A stretch of 64,000 nucleotides of DNA from Candidatus Poribacteria bacterium (GCA_965222225.1 CBDCTK010000002.1:4256001-4320000), one strand, 5' to 3'; positions 31,713-42,169 are shown, counted from the first letter of the stretch. The notes: generated by a model not told the origin, from the sequence alone. Numbers and translations: made by a program.

Positions 31713-33644
31713 GTGAAAAAAACTCTGCCACCCCCCATCACGAAAAGGGCTATCCTAACCGGTGTGCTACTAATCATTGCCAATAGTTATTGGCTTGCCT
31801 ACATTGAAATGATTTGGCACACAGCCCATTTGACAACTGTTGCGCTCTCAGTTAACGTCCTGTTCGCTATTTTGATGATTACGTGGCTAAACATGGGCGT
31901 GCGTACCATCGCTCCGAGAGCAGCGTTAAGTCAGCGCGATTTGCTTGTCATCTACAGCATGCTCGCCGTGGGCAGCGCATTTTCCGGTCACGACTCAATG
32001 CCCCGTTTGATGGGAGTGATGTCCTACGCCTACCGATTCGCCACTCCTGAAAACGATTGGGAGGCATTGCTGTTTCGCCATCTGCCCCCATGGCTCGTCA
32101 TCGCCGACGCGGGATTGGTCAAGGATTTATATGAAGGAGAGGTCAGTTTCTTAGCGGGCGGTTATTGGCGGCACTGGGCAGTTCCCATCCTCTCGTGGTC
32201 GGTCGTTATCCTCCTGCTGATAGCGATGTTCTTTTGCCTGACCGTAATGATTAGAAGACAGTGGGTGGAAAACGAGAAATTGGCATATCCCATCATCCGA
32301 ATCCCGCTTGAAGTCAGTGCCGGATCTGGTGTCATTTTCAGAAACCGACTCTTATGGATAGGTTTCGCAATTGCCGCAGGTATCAATGTGCTCAACGGTC
32401 TAGAATATTTTTTCCCGGCGCTCCCGTCGATGCCAGTGAAAAAATATGACCTAAATGTCCACTTCACGCAGAAACCGTGGAACGCGATGGGCAGCATGCC
32501 GCTTCGATTTCATCCCTACCTAATCGGTCTCGCATTTATCCTTCCGTTAGATCTGTCGTTTTCCTGCGTGTTTTTCTACTTCGTCGCAAAAGCGCAGATG
32601 TTGATGGGCAGCATGGTCGGCGTCGCGACCCTACCGGGATATCCGTTCTTGGGGGAACAAGGAGCGGGCGCACTGTTTGCCCTGCTTACCGTGGCATGTT
32701 GGACGGGTCGGAAGCACCTCCTAAAGGTTTTGTCCAGCATAGTTCATTCCAGCCGTGAAGACGACGCCGGCGAACCCATCTCGTATCGAACCGCGGTCGT
32801 GACATTCGGTATATGCATAGCACTACTGATGGTCATCTGCGTGAAAGGCGGAATGACAATCTGGGGGTATGCGCTTTTTATCACTATCTATCTATTGATT
32901 GTCGTCGGTGTGACCCGAATGCGCGCGGAGTTGGGGCCGCCGATACACGCTATCGGCTATGCTACTCCACAGTATCTGATGATCGCTATGATTGGCACAC
33001 AACGTCTGCGGCCAGGCAACTTGACGATGCTGTCCCTGATGAACTGGCTCAGCGGAGCCAGCTACGCGTCATTCCGAACTCATCCAATGCCCGATCAGCT
33101 CGAAGCCTTCAAACTGGCAGAACTAACCGGCATACGCAACCGGGCAATGTTCGTCGCCTTGGTAATTGCCAGCGTTGTCGGCGTCGTATCCACCTTAATT
33201 CTTTTTCCTTATGCTGTCTACGACGAAGGAATCGTCTCCGGCTCCGAGCAGATTCACTCCGGCGGATCGGAAGCATACAACTTCCTCTCCGCATGGCTGG
33301 TCAATCCCAAATCTACAGATTGGTTTGGGATGTCAATTCTCGGGCTAACATTTTTCGCAAATTTGGGTATCATGTTTCTCCGCACCCGATTTGTTTGGTG
33401 TCCATTGCACCCGGCAGGATACGTCATCGGCGTTGCCCCCGGCACCCTAATCATCAATGTACTTTGGCTGCCACTGGTAATCGCAATGACCGCCAAGTGG
33501 CTAATACTCAAGCACGGCGGAGTCAAAGCCTATCGGCGCGCGATTCCCTTCTTTGTTGGCTTAGTCCTCGGCGAGGCCCTCCTCGGCTGCTTTTGGCCAA
33601 TAATCAGTCTTGTCCTGCGCACCTCGGTCTACAGCTTTTATTGA
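31713..33644 (+). CDS. Polytopic membrane protein of unknown function (DUF6785/DUF6784-like)
   Basis: Many hydrophobic segments; motifs ATPENDW, RRQW..EKLAYP, TRMRAELG, HPMPDQLEAFKL, PLHPAGY shared with 45142. Confidence 0.7.
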   Translation: MKKTLPPPITKRAILTGVLLIIANSYWLAYIEMIWHTAHLTTVALSVNVLFAILMITWLNMGVRTIAPRAALSQRDLLVIYSMLAVGSAFSGHDSMPRLMGVMSYAYRFATPENDWEALLFRHLPPWLVIADAGLVKDLYEGEVSFLAGGYWRHWAVPILSWSVVILLLIAMFFCLTVMIRRQWVENEKLAYPIIRIPLEVSAGSGVIFRNRLLWIGFAIAAGINVLNGLEYFFPALPSMPVKKYDLNVHFTQKPWNAMGSMPLRFHPYLIGLAFILPLDLSFSCVFFYFVAKAQMLMGSMVGVATLPGYPFLGEQGAGALFALLTVACWTGRKHLLKVLSSIVHSSREDDAGEPISYRTAVVTFGICIALLMVICVKGGMTIWGYALFITIYLLIVVGVTRMRAELGPPIHAIGYATPQYLMIAMIGTQRLRPGNLTMLSLMNWLSGASYASFRTHPMPDQLEAFKLAELTGIRNRAMFVALVIASVVGVVSTLILFPYAVYDEGIVSGSEQIHSGGSEAYNFLSAWLVNPKSTDWFGMSILGLTFFANLGIMFLRTRFVWCPLHPAGYVIGVAPGTLIINVLWLPLVIAMTAKWLILKHGGVKAYRRAIPFFVGLVLGEALLGCFWPIISLVLRTSVYSFY

Positions 33645-33811
33645 GTCAGCAGAAAATCACAACACCTACCGCTTATTCATGTTTCTTCTCTCGCGATGAC
33701 GCGCTGTGTCTCACACGAGGATGTCTCGCCTCGCGGACTGGGCATAAGGTTAAAATGTCGACTGTGCACAGGCATCCAGGTATTTGCATGTTCCTTCGCT
33801 CCTGTTTCTAC

Positions 33812-33840
33812 TTGACACGAACTCTTAAATATGAGACAAT
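33812..33840 (+). promoter_or_regulatory. Sigma70-type promoter
   Basis: TTGACA-17bp-GACAAT with TGn extension, upstream of PhyH 33949. Confidence 0.55.
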
Positions 33841-33948
33841 TCCTGTTATTTCCCTTACATCTCAACACCGCCGCTCGTTGCTCGCGCCCGTGTTTATTGA
33901 TTGAATATACGGTCTACACAAACAATTGCCAGAATGGGGGTTCTACAC

Positions 33949-34806
33949 ATGAATCTGACCGACCAACAAATCAACTTCTTTCATAATTTTGGCTACCTCA
34001 TGATTCCCCAACTCTTTAGTCCCGAGGAGATGGCTTGGGTCATTGAAGAGTACGAGAACATCCTTCAGAACCACGCCGGCGGCGATGTTCATGACGGCTC
34101 AAGGCGTACAATGATCGTGCCATCCTACGGTCACAGCGAAAGACTTTGTACCCTACTCGATGACCATCGTATTCTTGGGATTGCTTCAGGAATCCTCGGA
34201 GATGACTTTAACTATGGTGCAGGCGATGCCAACTACTACGTCGGCGACAGCCCGTGGCACCCCGATTCAAGCTGGCCAGAACTCTTTGCCATCAAAATGA
34301 CTTTCTACTTAGACCCGATGACACCAGATACCGGCTGCTTGCGCGTCATTCCGGGAAGTCATCGAATCGATTCCTACTGGCACAAATGTCTGGATCCAGA
34401 TTGGAGAAATGGCCGCGGCCACATTAATCTTAACGACGCAGAAGCCGTCTGGGGGCTTCCGCCATCCGACATCCCCGAGAGCGTCGCGCTAGAAACCAAT
34501 CCGGGCGATTTGGTTTTCTTTAACCATACCATTTTCCACGCATCCTTCGGCGGAGGTAATCGTCGTCGTATGTTCACGCTAAACCTAACCAAACGCGGCA
34601 AGACCGAGGCGGAAATCGCTCGTGTCGATGAGTATCTCACTACAAATTGTCCAGCGGCACACGGATTCAAGATTGGAGGAATGTACACCGACCTAACAAT
34701 TGATACCGCCACACCCGAGCGCCTGAGACACATGACCCAGTTTCATGAACGCCACGCCGTGGTGCACCCTAACGACACAATACCGCGCGAATTGCCAACA
34801 CTCTAA
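33949..34806 (+). CDS. PhyH-family dioxygenase (compact subfamily)
   Basis: MNLTDQQINFFHNFGYL, WHPD, RVIPGSH, FHASFGG..RRRMF. Confidence 0.88.
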   Translation: MNLTDQQINFFHNFGYLMIPQLFSPEEMAWVIEEYENILQNHAGGDVHDGSRRTMIVPSYGHSERLCTLLDDHRILGIASGILGDDFNYGAGDANYYVGDSPWHPDSSWPELFAIKMTFYLDPMTPDTGCLRVIPGSHRIDSYWHKCLDPDWRNGRGHINLNDAEAVWGLPPSDIPESVALETNPGDLVFFNHTIFHASFGGGNRRRMFTLNLTKRGKTEAEIARVDEYLTTNCPAAHGFKIGGMYTDLTIDTATPERLRHMTQFHERHAVVHPNDTIPRELPTL

Positions 34807-34966
34807 GGAGGTTTCGAGAAGAAACCTACAACTCGACAATCGTGGGCGAAACGCGTGGGATAGTTAGTTTGATTTTAGCGTAACACTGGAAAGCGGAGGT
34901 CAGACATCATCTCACTGGATGTGCTGCAAAATGATTTCCTTGCCTTGAAGGGGAGAACTTCTTCAA

Positions 34967-37090
34967 ATGGCTGATACACTCTCTGCAACGCCCGAGGAAA
35001 TGAAGAAAGCTCAGCGCTGGATAGCGGACGCAATTGATGGGCTAATACCAAATCTTCCATTCTCCTTCACCTACAACGGTGTATCCTCGCGTGACTTTCT
35101 TTCGTCGGCGGACCAATCGAAGTGGACATGGGATTTGAAGCGGGAAGAGATAAAACTGGACGAGAGACGGACAGAACACAGTCTCACCTATGACGACCCG
35201 CTTACAGGCCTGCAGGTTCGCTGTGAAACCGTTATCTACGCCAACTATCCCGCTGTCGAATGGGTTGTGTATTTCCAAAACAACGGTGACCGGGATACCC
35301 CACTCATCGAAAATATCCTAGCAATGGACGTGTCATTCACCCGTCCAGGCCCAGGAGATCCGACCTACGTCAGACGATGGATTGAGTGGAAGGGAGAAGC
35401 CGAAACCGTCGCGGTGCACCGGGAGCCCGGCGAATTTGTCGTACACCACGCCACCGGGGGCATACATTCCTTTTGGGCGTTCCAGCCGCATGACGAGGAG
35501 TTGGGACCGGGGCAGGAGCTGACTATCGGCGGGGTTTCATCTCAACCCGATCTGCCTTTCTTCAATGTTGAATGGCCCAACGAAGGAATCATCGCCGGTA
35601 TTGGATGGACAGCGCCATGGCGGGCAGATTTCGTTCGTAACCATAAGAGATCGCTACGCGTAAGTGTCGCCATGACTGAATGGGTAGCACCTTGGCGTGC
35701 GGATGCGATGAGAGGCGCACATCTATTTCTGCGACCGGGTGAACGTATCCGCATACCCCGGGTACTCATGTTGTTCTGGAGTCAAGATCGGCTTCGCGCC
35801 CAAAATCGCTGGCGTCGACTGTTGCTCGACCATTACTCGCCTCGACCCGACGGCGAGTTAGTCAAAATGCCGTTCGGCGCCGCAACCCAGTGGCACAGCG
35901 GAGAACAGAACATTGCAATCATGAACTGGCATCTTGACAATGGAATACCAATCGAGGATTTTTGGATGGATATCGGCTGGCAGCGGGCACCAACGGAGGA
36001 GGAAGCTTTTGAGCACCTAGCCGATGATGTCGTCAACGAAAAACTGTTTCCCAACGGTATTCAAGCAGTGTCCGACGCCGCCCATAAACGGGGTGTCAAG
36101 TATTTGCTCTGGTTTGGCGGCGATGAACGTTGTCGGTTTCAGGCGATTTATCCCTACCTTGAGCGCGTCCGGAAGTATCGCCCCGAATTACTGTCGGATG
36201 AATTTCCCGGTGTTGATAACGGCAACCCCATGATTAACCAATGGATGATTGATCACTATGGGCAGCAGATTGAAAACCTCGGTATCGACATCTTTCGCTG
36301 GGACTCCCGCAGCACTCCACCCCCGGACACCGATAACAATCGACGGGGTGTAAACTGGGCAAGATCAGCAGAAGGATTTTATAAGTTTTGGGATGCGTTG
36401 TTAGAGCGTTTCTACAGTCTCATCATTGACTGCTGTGGCGGTGGCGCCATAAATATGGACCTTGAGACCATCCAACGCAGCGTCTTTCTCCACCGTTGCG
36501 ACTACCAGTGCGGCGGCATCCACGAACCCGAGAACGTATTCAATCCCACCGGCATGCAAGGCCAAACGCATGGGGTATCGTCGTGGGCGCCGCTAACCAG
36601 CGGGTGTGTCCGCCAATTGAGCGCCTACGCCTTCCGAAGCGCATACAGCGCCGGATTGCGAGTCACCTTTGAAGTTGTCGTTGAAAGTTTTTTCACCACT
36701 CCACCGTCCGCTCCGTCGGAAGAGGAGTTTGATGTCGAGCTCGCACGCACACTATCTGAGGAGTACCTCTCCATCCGTCACTGCTTTTACGGCGATTACT
36801 ATCCGCTCTGCCGATACAACCTAGAAGAGGACGCTTGGATGGCATGGCAATTCGATCGCCCCGATCTCGGGGAAGGCATTGTGCAAGCCTTTCGGCGGAC
36901 TCAAAGTAACATCCTTACCTGCCTGTATCGACTCCACGGATTAGAACCGAATACTCAATACGAATTGACCAATTTTGACATTCCCGGAACCACGAGCTTG
37001 ACAGGTGGCGAATTGATGCAAGATGGACTGATTATTGACATTACGGACCAACCCGGTGCCGTCGTAATCAGATACAAAGCACTCAGGTAG
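34967..37090 (+). CDS. GH36-like alpha-galactosidase
   Basis: Paralog of 15513 without NPCBM; FWMDIGW, LFPNG, FRWD, CCGGG, GDYYPL, WQFDRPD. Confidence 0.78.
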   Translation: MADTLSATPEEMKKAQRWIADAIDGLIPNLPFSFTYNGVSSRDFLSSADQSKWTWDLKREEIKLDERRTEHSLTYDDPLTGLQVRCETVIYANYPAVEWVVYFQNNGDRDTPLIENILAMDVSFTRPGPGDPTYVRRWIEWKGEAETVAVHREPGEFVVHHATGGIHSFWAFQPHDEELGPGQELTIGGVSSQPDLPFFNVEWPNEGIIAGIGWTAPWRADFVRNHKRSLRVSVAMTEWVAPWRADAMRGAHLFLRPGERIRIPRVLMLFWSQDRLRAQNRWRRLLLDHYSPRPDGELVKMPFGAATQWHSGEQNIAIMNWHLDNGIPIEDFWMDIGWQRAPTEEEAFEHLADDVVNEKLFPNGIQAVSDAAHKRGVKYLLWFGGDERCRFQAIYPYLERVRKYRPELLSDEFPGVDNGNPMINQWMIDHYGQQIENLGIDIFRWDSRSTPPPDTDNNRRGVNWARSAEGFYKFWDALLERFYSLIIDCCGGGAINMDLETIQRSVFLHRCDYQCGGIHEPENVFNPTGMQGQTHGVSSWAPLTSGCVRQLSAYAFRSAYSAGLRVTFEVVVESFFTTPPSAPSEEEFDVELARTLSEEYLSIRHCFYGDYYPLCRYNLEEDAWMAWQFDRPDLGEGIVQAFRRTQSNILTCLYRLHGLEPNTQYELTNFDIPGTTSLTGGELMQDGLIIDITDQPGAVVIRYKALR

Positions 37091-37240
37091 AATCGCACCA
37101 GGGCCTTGACGACGCCGAAAGCAAGATGATGACCGGCGCCAAACTAACAGTATGCGAATTGATCGTCACAATCCCCGATAGGCCAAGCGCCGCCGTCATC
37201 ACGTATAAGACGGAACTCCAGAACGGGTAGGAGATTACGT

Positions 37241-38113
37241 ATGCAACCGACAAAGCAGCAACTCAATCACTTTCACACGTTCGGGTTCCTAGTTTTTCCT
37301 GCACTTCTCCGTCCAGACGAGGTCATATGGATTACGGAGGAATTCGAGCAAGTACTTCATACTCATGGCGCTATCCATGACGGCTCTACGCGTACCCAAA
37401 TTGTCCCGATGCTCGATCACAGCGAGCGACTTTGCACACTGCTTGATGACACACGTGTTTTGACAATTGCCAACGCCATACTAGGCGACGACTTCAACTA
37501 TGCGGGTGGCGATGGCGACTTTTGGGTTGGTGATACGGCTTGGCACCCCGATGGAAACTATCCGGATCTTTTCGCCATCAAGCTTGCCTTTTATTTGGAC
37601 CCTCTCACCCGCGACGCCGGCTGTCTGCGCTTTCTCCCCGGCAGTCATCTGCCCGAATCCTATTGGCGAAGCGGGGATATGCACCTAGGTAAGGCACAGG
37701 CGTCTTGGGGTATCACTCCGTGGGAGATTCCGGGCAATGTCACGATAGAGACCAATCCTGGAGATCTCGTGGTCTTCAACCACAGTATCTTCCACGCCTC
37801 TTTCGGCGGTGACAATCGACGGAGACAGTTCTCCATGAATTTGCACAAACGCGGCAAGACCGATGCGGAATTTGCGCGTATCGATCAGTATCTCAGTCAT
37901 CATGGCGCAATTCCTCGTGGCATCCGAATCGGGGGTAAATTCACCGGACGCAAACCAGGCAGCATGTATGCGGACTTCAGCATGTACACTGACCTGATGA
38001 TTGACACGGCGACGCCAGAGCGGCTGCGTCATCTCTCACAGTTACACCAACGTGTGGCGCTTGTTCACCCGAATGCGGCCCCGCCACGGCCTCTACCGGC
38101 CAACAATACATAG
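37241..38113 (+). CDS. PhyH-family dioxygenase (compact subfamily)
   Basis: HFHTFGFL, WHPDG, LPGSH, FHASFGG. Confidence 0.88.
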   Translation: MQPTKQQLNHFHTFGFLVFPALLRPDEVIWITEEFEQVLHTHGAIHDGSTRTQIVPMLDHSERLCTLLDDTRVLTIANAILGDDFNYAGGDGDFWVGDTAWHPDGNYPDLFAIKLAFYLDPLTRDAGCLRFLPGSHLPESYWRSGDMHLGKAQASWGITPWEIPGNVTIETNPGDLVVFNHSIFHASFGGDNRRRQFSMNLHKRGKTDAEFARIDQYLSHHGAIPRGIRIGGKFTGRKPGSMYADFSMYTDLMIDTATPERLRHLSQLHQRVALVHPNAAPPRPLPANNT

Positions 38114-38131
38114 CCTATCAAGATAACATCT

Positions 38132-38959
38132 ATGAAGATCAAGTTCCCAGCGACCGACCCCGGAATCCCGTCTTTTGTAACGCTTGACGATTTTCTTGAT
38201 TGCGCCTTTGCTAAATGTATTTCTGACGAACTCGGATCTGGAGTGGTCAAGGAAATAATGGAGCCGTTCCTAGCCGACAACCCGAGAGCAAACTTCTCAA
38301 ACAATTTACCATTTATTCCCGACGGCAAAGGGATACCCGACCCCGATCGTTCCTACGAAAAGGAAAACGCGGCACAGACGTTCAACAAAATATTAAACAT
38401 CTGTCCCAATCTGTTCAAGCTCTGGTTACAGATGCGCACCGAGGTATTCTTTCATCAGTGTATCCTTGAAAATCTTGACATCCTAAAATACAAAGGAATA
38501 GTATCGACCAATCTTGCATTCAACCCTGACGCACAGTTGTCCGTTAAGAAGAAACAGTTCGTCAACGAACGTACTCGACTCACGATTGCTCCAGATTTCC
38601 ATTTATCAATCGCAAAACGTGGCTATGATGTAAAGGTACATTCGGATAACAGGTACAAAATTCTCTTCGGGGCGCTCTATTTTAACGATGTCCCGGAGAA
38701 AGAAGGCGGTCAAACCTGCTTCTGGGAATCGCGGGGCAGTCGCAATATTGGCGACTATCCGCGCTATCCTAAACCTGAAGACATTCGGCTCGTGAGCGCG
38801 GTTAAGCCAAAAGCAGGGCGGCTGGTACTTGGTCTGAATAGTAACGACGCCTACCACAGCGTCAATGGATACACCGGCAGCGGCCGACGCCAATTTGTCT
38901 ATTTTTCGTTCTTTGTACCGGATTGCGAGAACGTCTGGAAGGTAAACTACCAACTCTAA
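38132..38959 (+). CDS. 2OG-Fe(II) oxygenase, prolyl-hydroxylase-like
   Basis: VHSD..LYFN..GG.T.F..YHSV..R.F triad and 2OG-binding Arg. Confidence 0.72.
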   Translation: MKIKFPATDPGIPSFVTLDDFLDCAFAKCISDELGSGVVKEIMEPFLADNPRANFSNNLPFIPDGKGIPDPDRSYEKENAAQTFNKILNICPNLFKLWLQMRTEVFFHQCILENLDILKYKGIVSTNLAFNPDAQLSVKKKQFVNERTRLTIAPDFHLSIAKRGYDVKVHSDNRYKILFGALYFNDVPEKEGGQTCFWESRGSRNIGDYPRYPKPEDIRLVSAVKPKAGRLVLGLNSNDAYHSVNGYTGSGRRQFVYFSFFVPDCENVWKVNYQL

Positions 38960-38995
38960 CCAAACTTGCGATATTAGACGTAACCCCATAGTTTT

Positions 38996-39020
38996 GTAGA
39001 GTGGGCACTGCCCACCAGCC
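38996..39020 (+). repeat. REP-like family A copy
   Basis: GTAGAGTGGGCACTGCCCACCAGCC. Confidence 0.78.
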
Positions 39021-39111
39021 TTTTGACCTCCTCTTTTCGCGCATCACGAGTCATTTATTGCCTTGTTAACTCTGAGATTTAAGTTGCACGTGGATCCAAG
39101 ACAAGCCCAAA

Positions 39112-39969
39112 ATGCCAATCCTTACGCGGGCACATCACGATCACTTCAATGAACACGGCTACATGGTCGTAGATGATGCTGTACCAATTGACCTTTGCGA
39201 TGCGGTTGTCGCTGCGATTTGGGCGTTCATGGAAATAGATCCGAACGATCCGGACGATTGGTACCGCTTGCCGCACAAACCGCCGGAACGTCCGGGTGTT
39301 GGAATGGTCGGCATGTATTGGCATCAAGCGATGTGGAACGTCTACCAGCATCCACGGATTCATCAGATATACAGCGAGGTCTACGGCACCCATCGACTTT
39401 GGGTGCATATTGATCGCGTAAATATGAAACCGCCTCGACACCCCGATTATCCGGAATGGATGCGCCGGTCAAAGTACCATTGGGATGCCGACACATCAAA
39501 ATTGCCAATTCGATTCGGGACACAGGGCGTGCTATATTTGAGGAACACGGACGCCGATCAAGGCTCATTCGTCTGTTGCCCCGGAGCGCATAAATCACTC
39601 ATTGACGAAGAACATCCGTCAATTCCGGAGTTAACACCCGATAAATTCGTGCCGATTCCCGCCAATGGTGGATCGATGCTTATCTGGCATCAGGCGCTGC
39701 CGCATGGAAATGGGGCGAACACCTCCGACAAGCCACGATTCGCACAGTATATGAACTATTATCCCGCTCCCGCCCCAATGAATGAACAACGGCGAGAGGA
39801 ACGCATTACCCTCTGGAAAGAACGTCGAGCACTGGGTGAAGGCCCATATACCCTTGATCCACGCGGTTGGGAAGCGGTGAATTATGGACCACCCGATCTT
39901 ACATGGCTAGGACGAAGATTGTTAGGCCTCGACCTTTGGGACCGATCGGCGCCTGGCAATCTTTCGTGA
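39112..39969 (+). CDS. PhyH-family dioxygenase
   Basis: HFNEHGYMVV, YHWD, CPGAH, LPHGNGAN.S..PR. Confidence 0.88.
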   Translation: MPILTRAHHDHFNEHGYMVVDDAVPIDLCDAVVAAIWAFMEIDPNDPDDWYRLPHKPPERPGVGMVGMYWHQAMWNVYQHPRIHQIYSEVYGTHRLWVHIDRVNMKPPRHPDYPEWMRRSKYHWDADTSKLPIRFGTQGVLYLRNTDADQGSFVCCPGAHKSLIDEEHPSIPELTPDKFVPIPANGGSMLIWHQALPHGNGANTSDKPRFAQYMNYYPAPAPMNEQRREERITLWKERRALGEGPYTLDPRGWEAVNYGPPDLTWLGRRLLGLDLWDRSAPGNLS

Positions 39970-39980
39970 ACGCTACAACA

Positions 39981-40141
39981 TTAGGACTGACGCAAAAATA
40001 GAAAATCGTTACGGTAGGCAGGGATCAAGTAAGCGAATACCGAGTGCGATAGAGAGTTTCTTGCCCCGCCAAGAATAGGCGGTCGCCATCGGGAGATTGG
40101 TCCCACCAGAGCCTTTAGGCGTTCAATTGCGTATGTCCTAA
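39981..40141. mobile_element. MITE-like cassette with TTAGGAC.(T/G)ACGCAA termini enclosing a CTATCGC-module REP
   Basis: TTAGGACTGACGCAA (39981-39995) vs TTGCGTATGTCCTAA (40127-40141), 13/15 match; internal GTAGGCAGGGATCAAG..GCGATAG..CCCCGCC. Confidence 0.7.
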
Positions 40142-40224
40142 CCGAATCTATAATGTGTACTACAGTTTCTGGTTCATGCGGCTCGATAACACCGAAACAC
40201 CCAGACGTTGAAAGGAGATTCCTC

Positions 40225-41094
40225 ATGCAACCGACCGAACAGCAACTCAATCACTTCCATACCTTCGGCTTTGTGGCTATTCGCGAACTTTTTGCCCCTG
40301 ATGAGATATCTTGGATTACCGATGAGTTTGAGCAGGTCGTCGAGATTCACGGGGGCGACCACGATGGATCGAAGCATACCGGAACCGTGCCGGCGGTCGA
40401 TCACAGTGCTCGACTCTGCACACTGCTTGATGACGCGCGCATTCTCGGTATTGCTTCCGCCATTCTGGGTAATGACTTCAATTATGCCGGTGGCGATGCC
40501 AACTTCTATGTTGGTGAAACCAGATGGCATCCCGACGGAAATTATCCCGATCTATTCGCGATCAAACTAGCGTTCTACTTGGACCCGCTGACCCGTGATA
40601 CCGGCTGTCTCCGCGTACTGCCGGCCAGCCATCGTGCGGACTCCGCTTGGCGAACCGAAGGTATGCAGCCCAGAGATGCCGAAGCGTTATGGGGAATTCC
40701 GTCATCAGAGGTACCTGGTGACGTTGCGCTAGAGACCAAGCCGAGCGATCTTGTGGTCTTTAACCACAACACCTTTCATGCCTCTTTCGGCGGCGCCAAT
40801 CGTAGACGGATGTTCACAATGAATCTGCACAAACGCGGCAAAACAGAAGCGGAATTGGCACGTATAGATGAATACCTCCGCCATCACGGCACGCTGGCAC
40901 GCGGAATCCGTATCGGCGGGAAGTTCACGGGAAACGGCAAGAACAACATGTATTCCCATTTCAGCATGTACACCGACGTGATGCTTGATACGGCTACCCC
41001 GGAGCGACTTCGGCATCTCTCGCAGCTCCACGAACGTGTGGCGCTTGTTCACCCAAAAGCCGCTCCTCCACGTCCCTTGGGTGCGGCGAATTAA
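40225..41094 (+). CDS. PhyH-family dioxygenase (near-duplicate of 37241)
   Basis: MQPTEQQLNHFHTFG, WHPDGNYPDLFAIKLAFYLDPLTRD; RBS AAGGAG. Confidence 0.88.
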   Translation: MQPTEQQLNHFHTFGFVAIRELFAPDEISWITDEFEQVVEIHGGDHDGSKHTGTVPAVDHSARLCTLLDDARILGIASAILGNDFNYAGGDANFYVGETRWHPDGNYPDLFAIKLAFYLDPLTRDTGCLRVLPASHRADSAWRTEGMQPRDAEALWGIPSSEVPGDVALETKPSDLVVFNHNTFHASFGGANRRRMFTMNLHKRGKTEAELARIDEYLRHHGTLARGIRIGGKFTGNGKNNMYSHFSMYTDVMLDTATPERLRHLSQLHERVALVHPKAAPPRPLGAAN

Positions 41095-41166
41095 CACGTT
41101 GCGGATACCATACGCACAACGTGTCATCTCTCTTCATGGGCGTTTTTTAGGCTCTTGATTTTTTTC

Positions 41167-41195
41167 TTGCATCGGATCTGATTTTCATGTAAACT
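41167..41195 (+). promoter_or_regulatory. Sigma70-type promoter
   Basis: TTGCAT-17bp-TAAACT upstream of LamG gene. Confidence 0.5.
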
Positions 41196-41302
41196 AGTAA
41201 CACATTTCAAGACGCATGTGTTATCAGCCTATCTGTGCGTTGCACACAGACAAGGCATTCCTCTTTGAAATGCAACAGTTCAAGGCGAAAAGGAGTAGAC
41301 AC

Positions 41303-42109
41303 ATGAAAACGGGATTTGTTCTAATATGCGCAAGCGTAATCGGCATTGCTGCGCTAATGACAACGAACAGTACAGCGCAGATTGACCCTGCCAATGCCTT
41401 GGGAATATATCTCATGGACGAGGGTGAGGGCAACACAATCGCTGATTCCAGCGGTAACGGAAGTGATGGGAAACTCATGAACGACCCTCAATGGGTTGAT
41501 GGGAAGTTCGGCAAGGCGCTCAAGTTTGACGGCTTGACGACTGTCGTTGAGCTGAACAACCCGATGAATGTTGGGGACTTCGGCACAAGTCACAGCATTT
41601 CGGTTTGGGCGAATCTCGCCGCAGAACAAAATGGTAACGCCGATATGCTCGGTAATCACGGGAAACCCGGCGGCTATGAAATTGAACAGCGGGGAGAGGA
41701 ACATAACAAGTTTTACTTTGGCATGAAAATTAACGACGCATGGCAAGGTGGACCTTGGGCAGAACGTCCGTCAACTCAACTCGTTGACGGCGTATGGGAG
41801 CATCTCGTGGTCATTCGCGAAGGCGACACCGTAAAACACTATTTGAACGGCGACCAAACTGTGGAATACGGCGTTGACCCGGAACGAGTTGAGGACACCA
41901 CCGATTCGAACTTTCTCATCGGTAACAGTGCCTGTTGTGGCGAAGGACGTACCATCACTGGTACGTTGGATGAGGTCGCCATATTTACGGTAGCACTAAC
42001 TGAGGCAGATGTCACCGCCCTTGCGGGAGGATTGATGAATGCTACTTCCGTTGATAGCGCCGGTAAGATGACCACCACTTGGGGCCAACTCAAGTCACAG
42101 TATAAATAA
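41303..42109 (+). CDS. Secreted LamG-like jellyroll (concanavalin A-like) protein
   Basis: Signal peptide; DEGEG..DSSGNG.DG..WVDGKFGKALKFDG, W.HLV, G.LDEVAIF; tail GKMTTTWGQLK; RBS AAGGAG. Confidence 0.85.
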   Translation: MKTGFVLICASVIGIAALMTTNSTAQIDPANALGIYLMDEGEGNTIADSSGNGSDGKLMNDPQWVDGKFGKALKFDGLTTVVELNNPMNVGDFGTSHSISVWANLAAEQNGNADMLGNHGKPGGYEIEQRGEEHNKFYFGMKINDAWQGGPWAERPSTQLVDGVWEHLVVIREGDTVKHYLNGDQTVEYGVDPERVEDTTDSNFLIGNSACCGEGRTITGTLDEVAIFTVALTEADVTALAGGLMNATSVDSAGKMTTTWGQLKSQYK

Positions 42110-42169
42110 TAGACTGCTTTCGACAAGGAAACCACAATCCCTTGAAGTAAAGCAAACCAGATTCAAGTT

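Noticed and set aside
32813-33904. 363-aa alternative-frame ORF and other long shadow ORFs (10453-11262, 57803-58573, 63303-63923)
   Set aside because: They overlap well-supported genes and show no recognisable motifs
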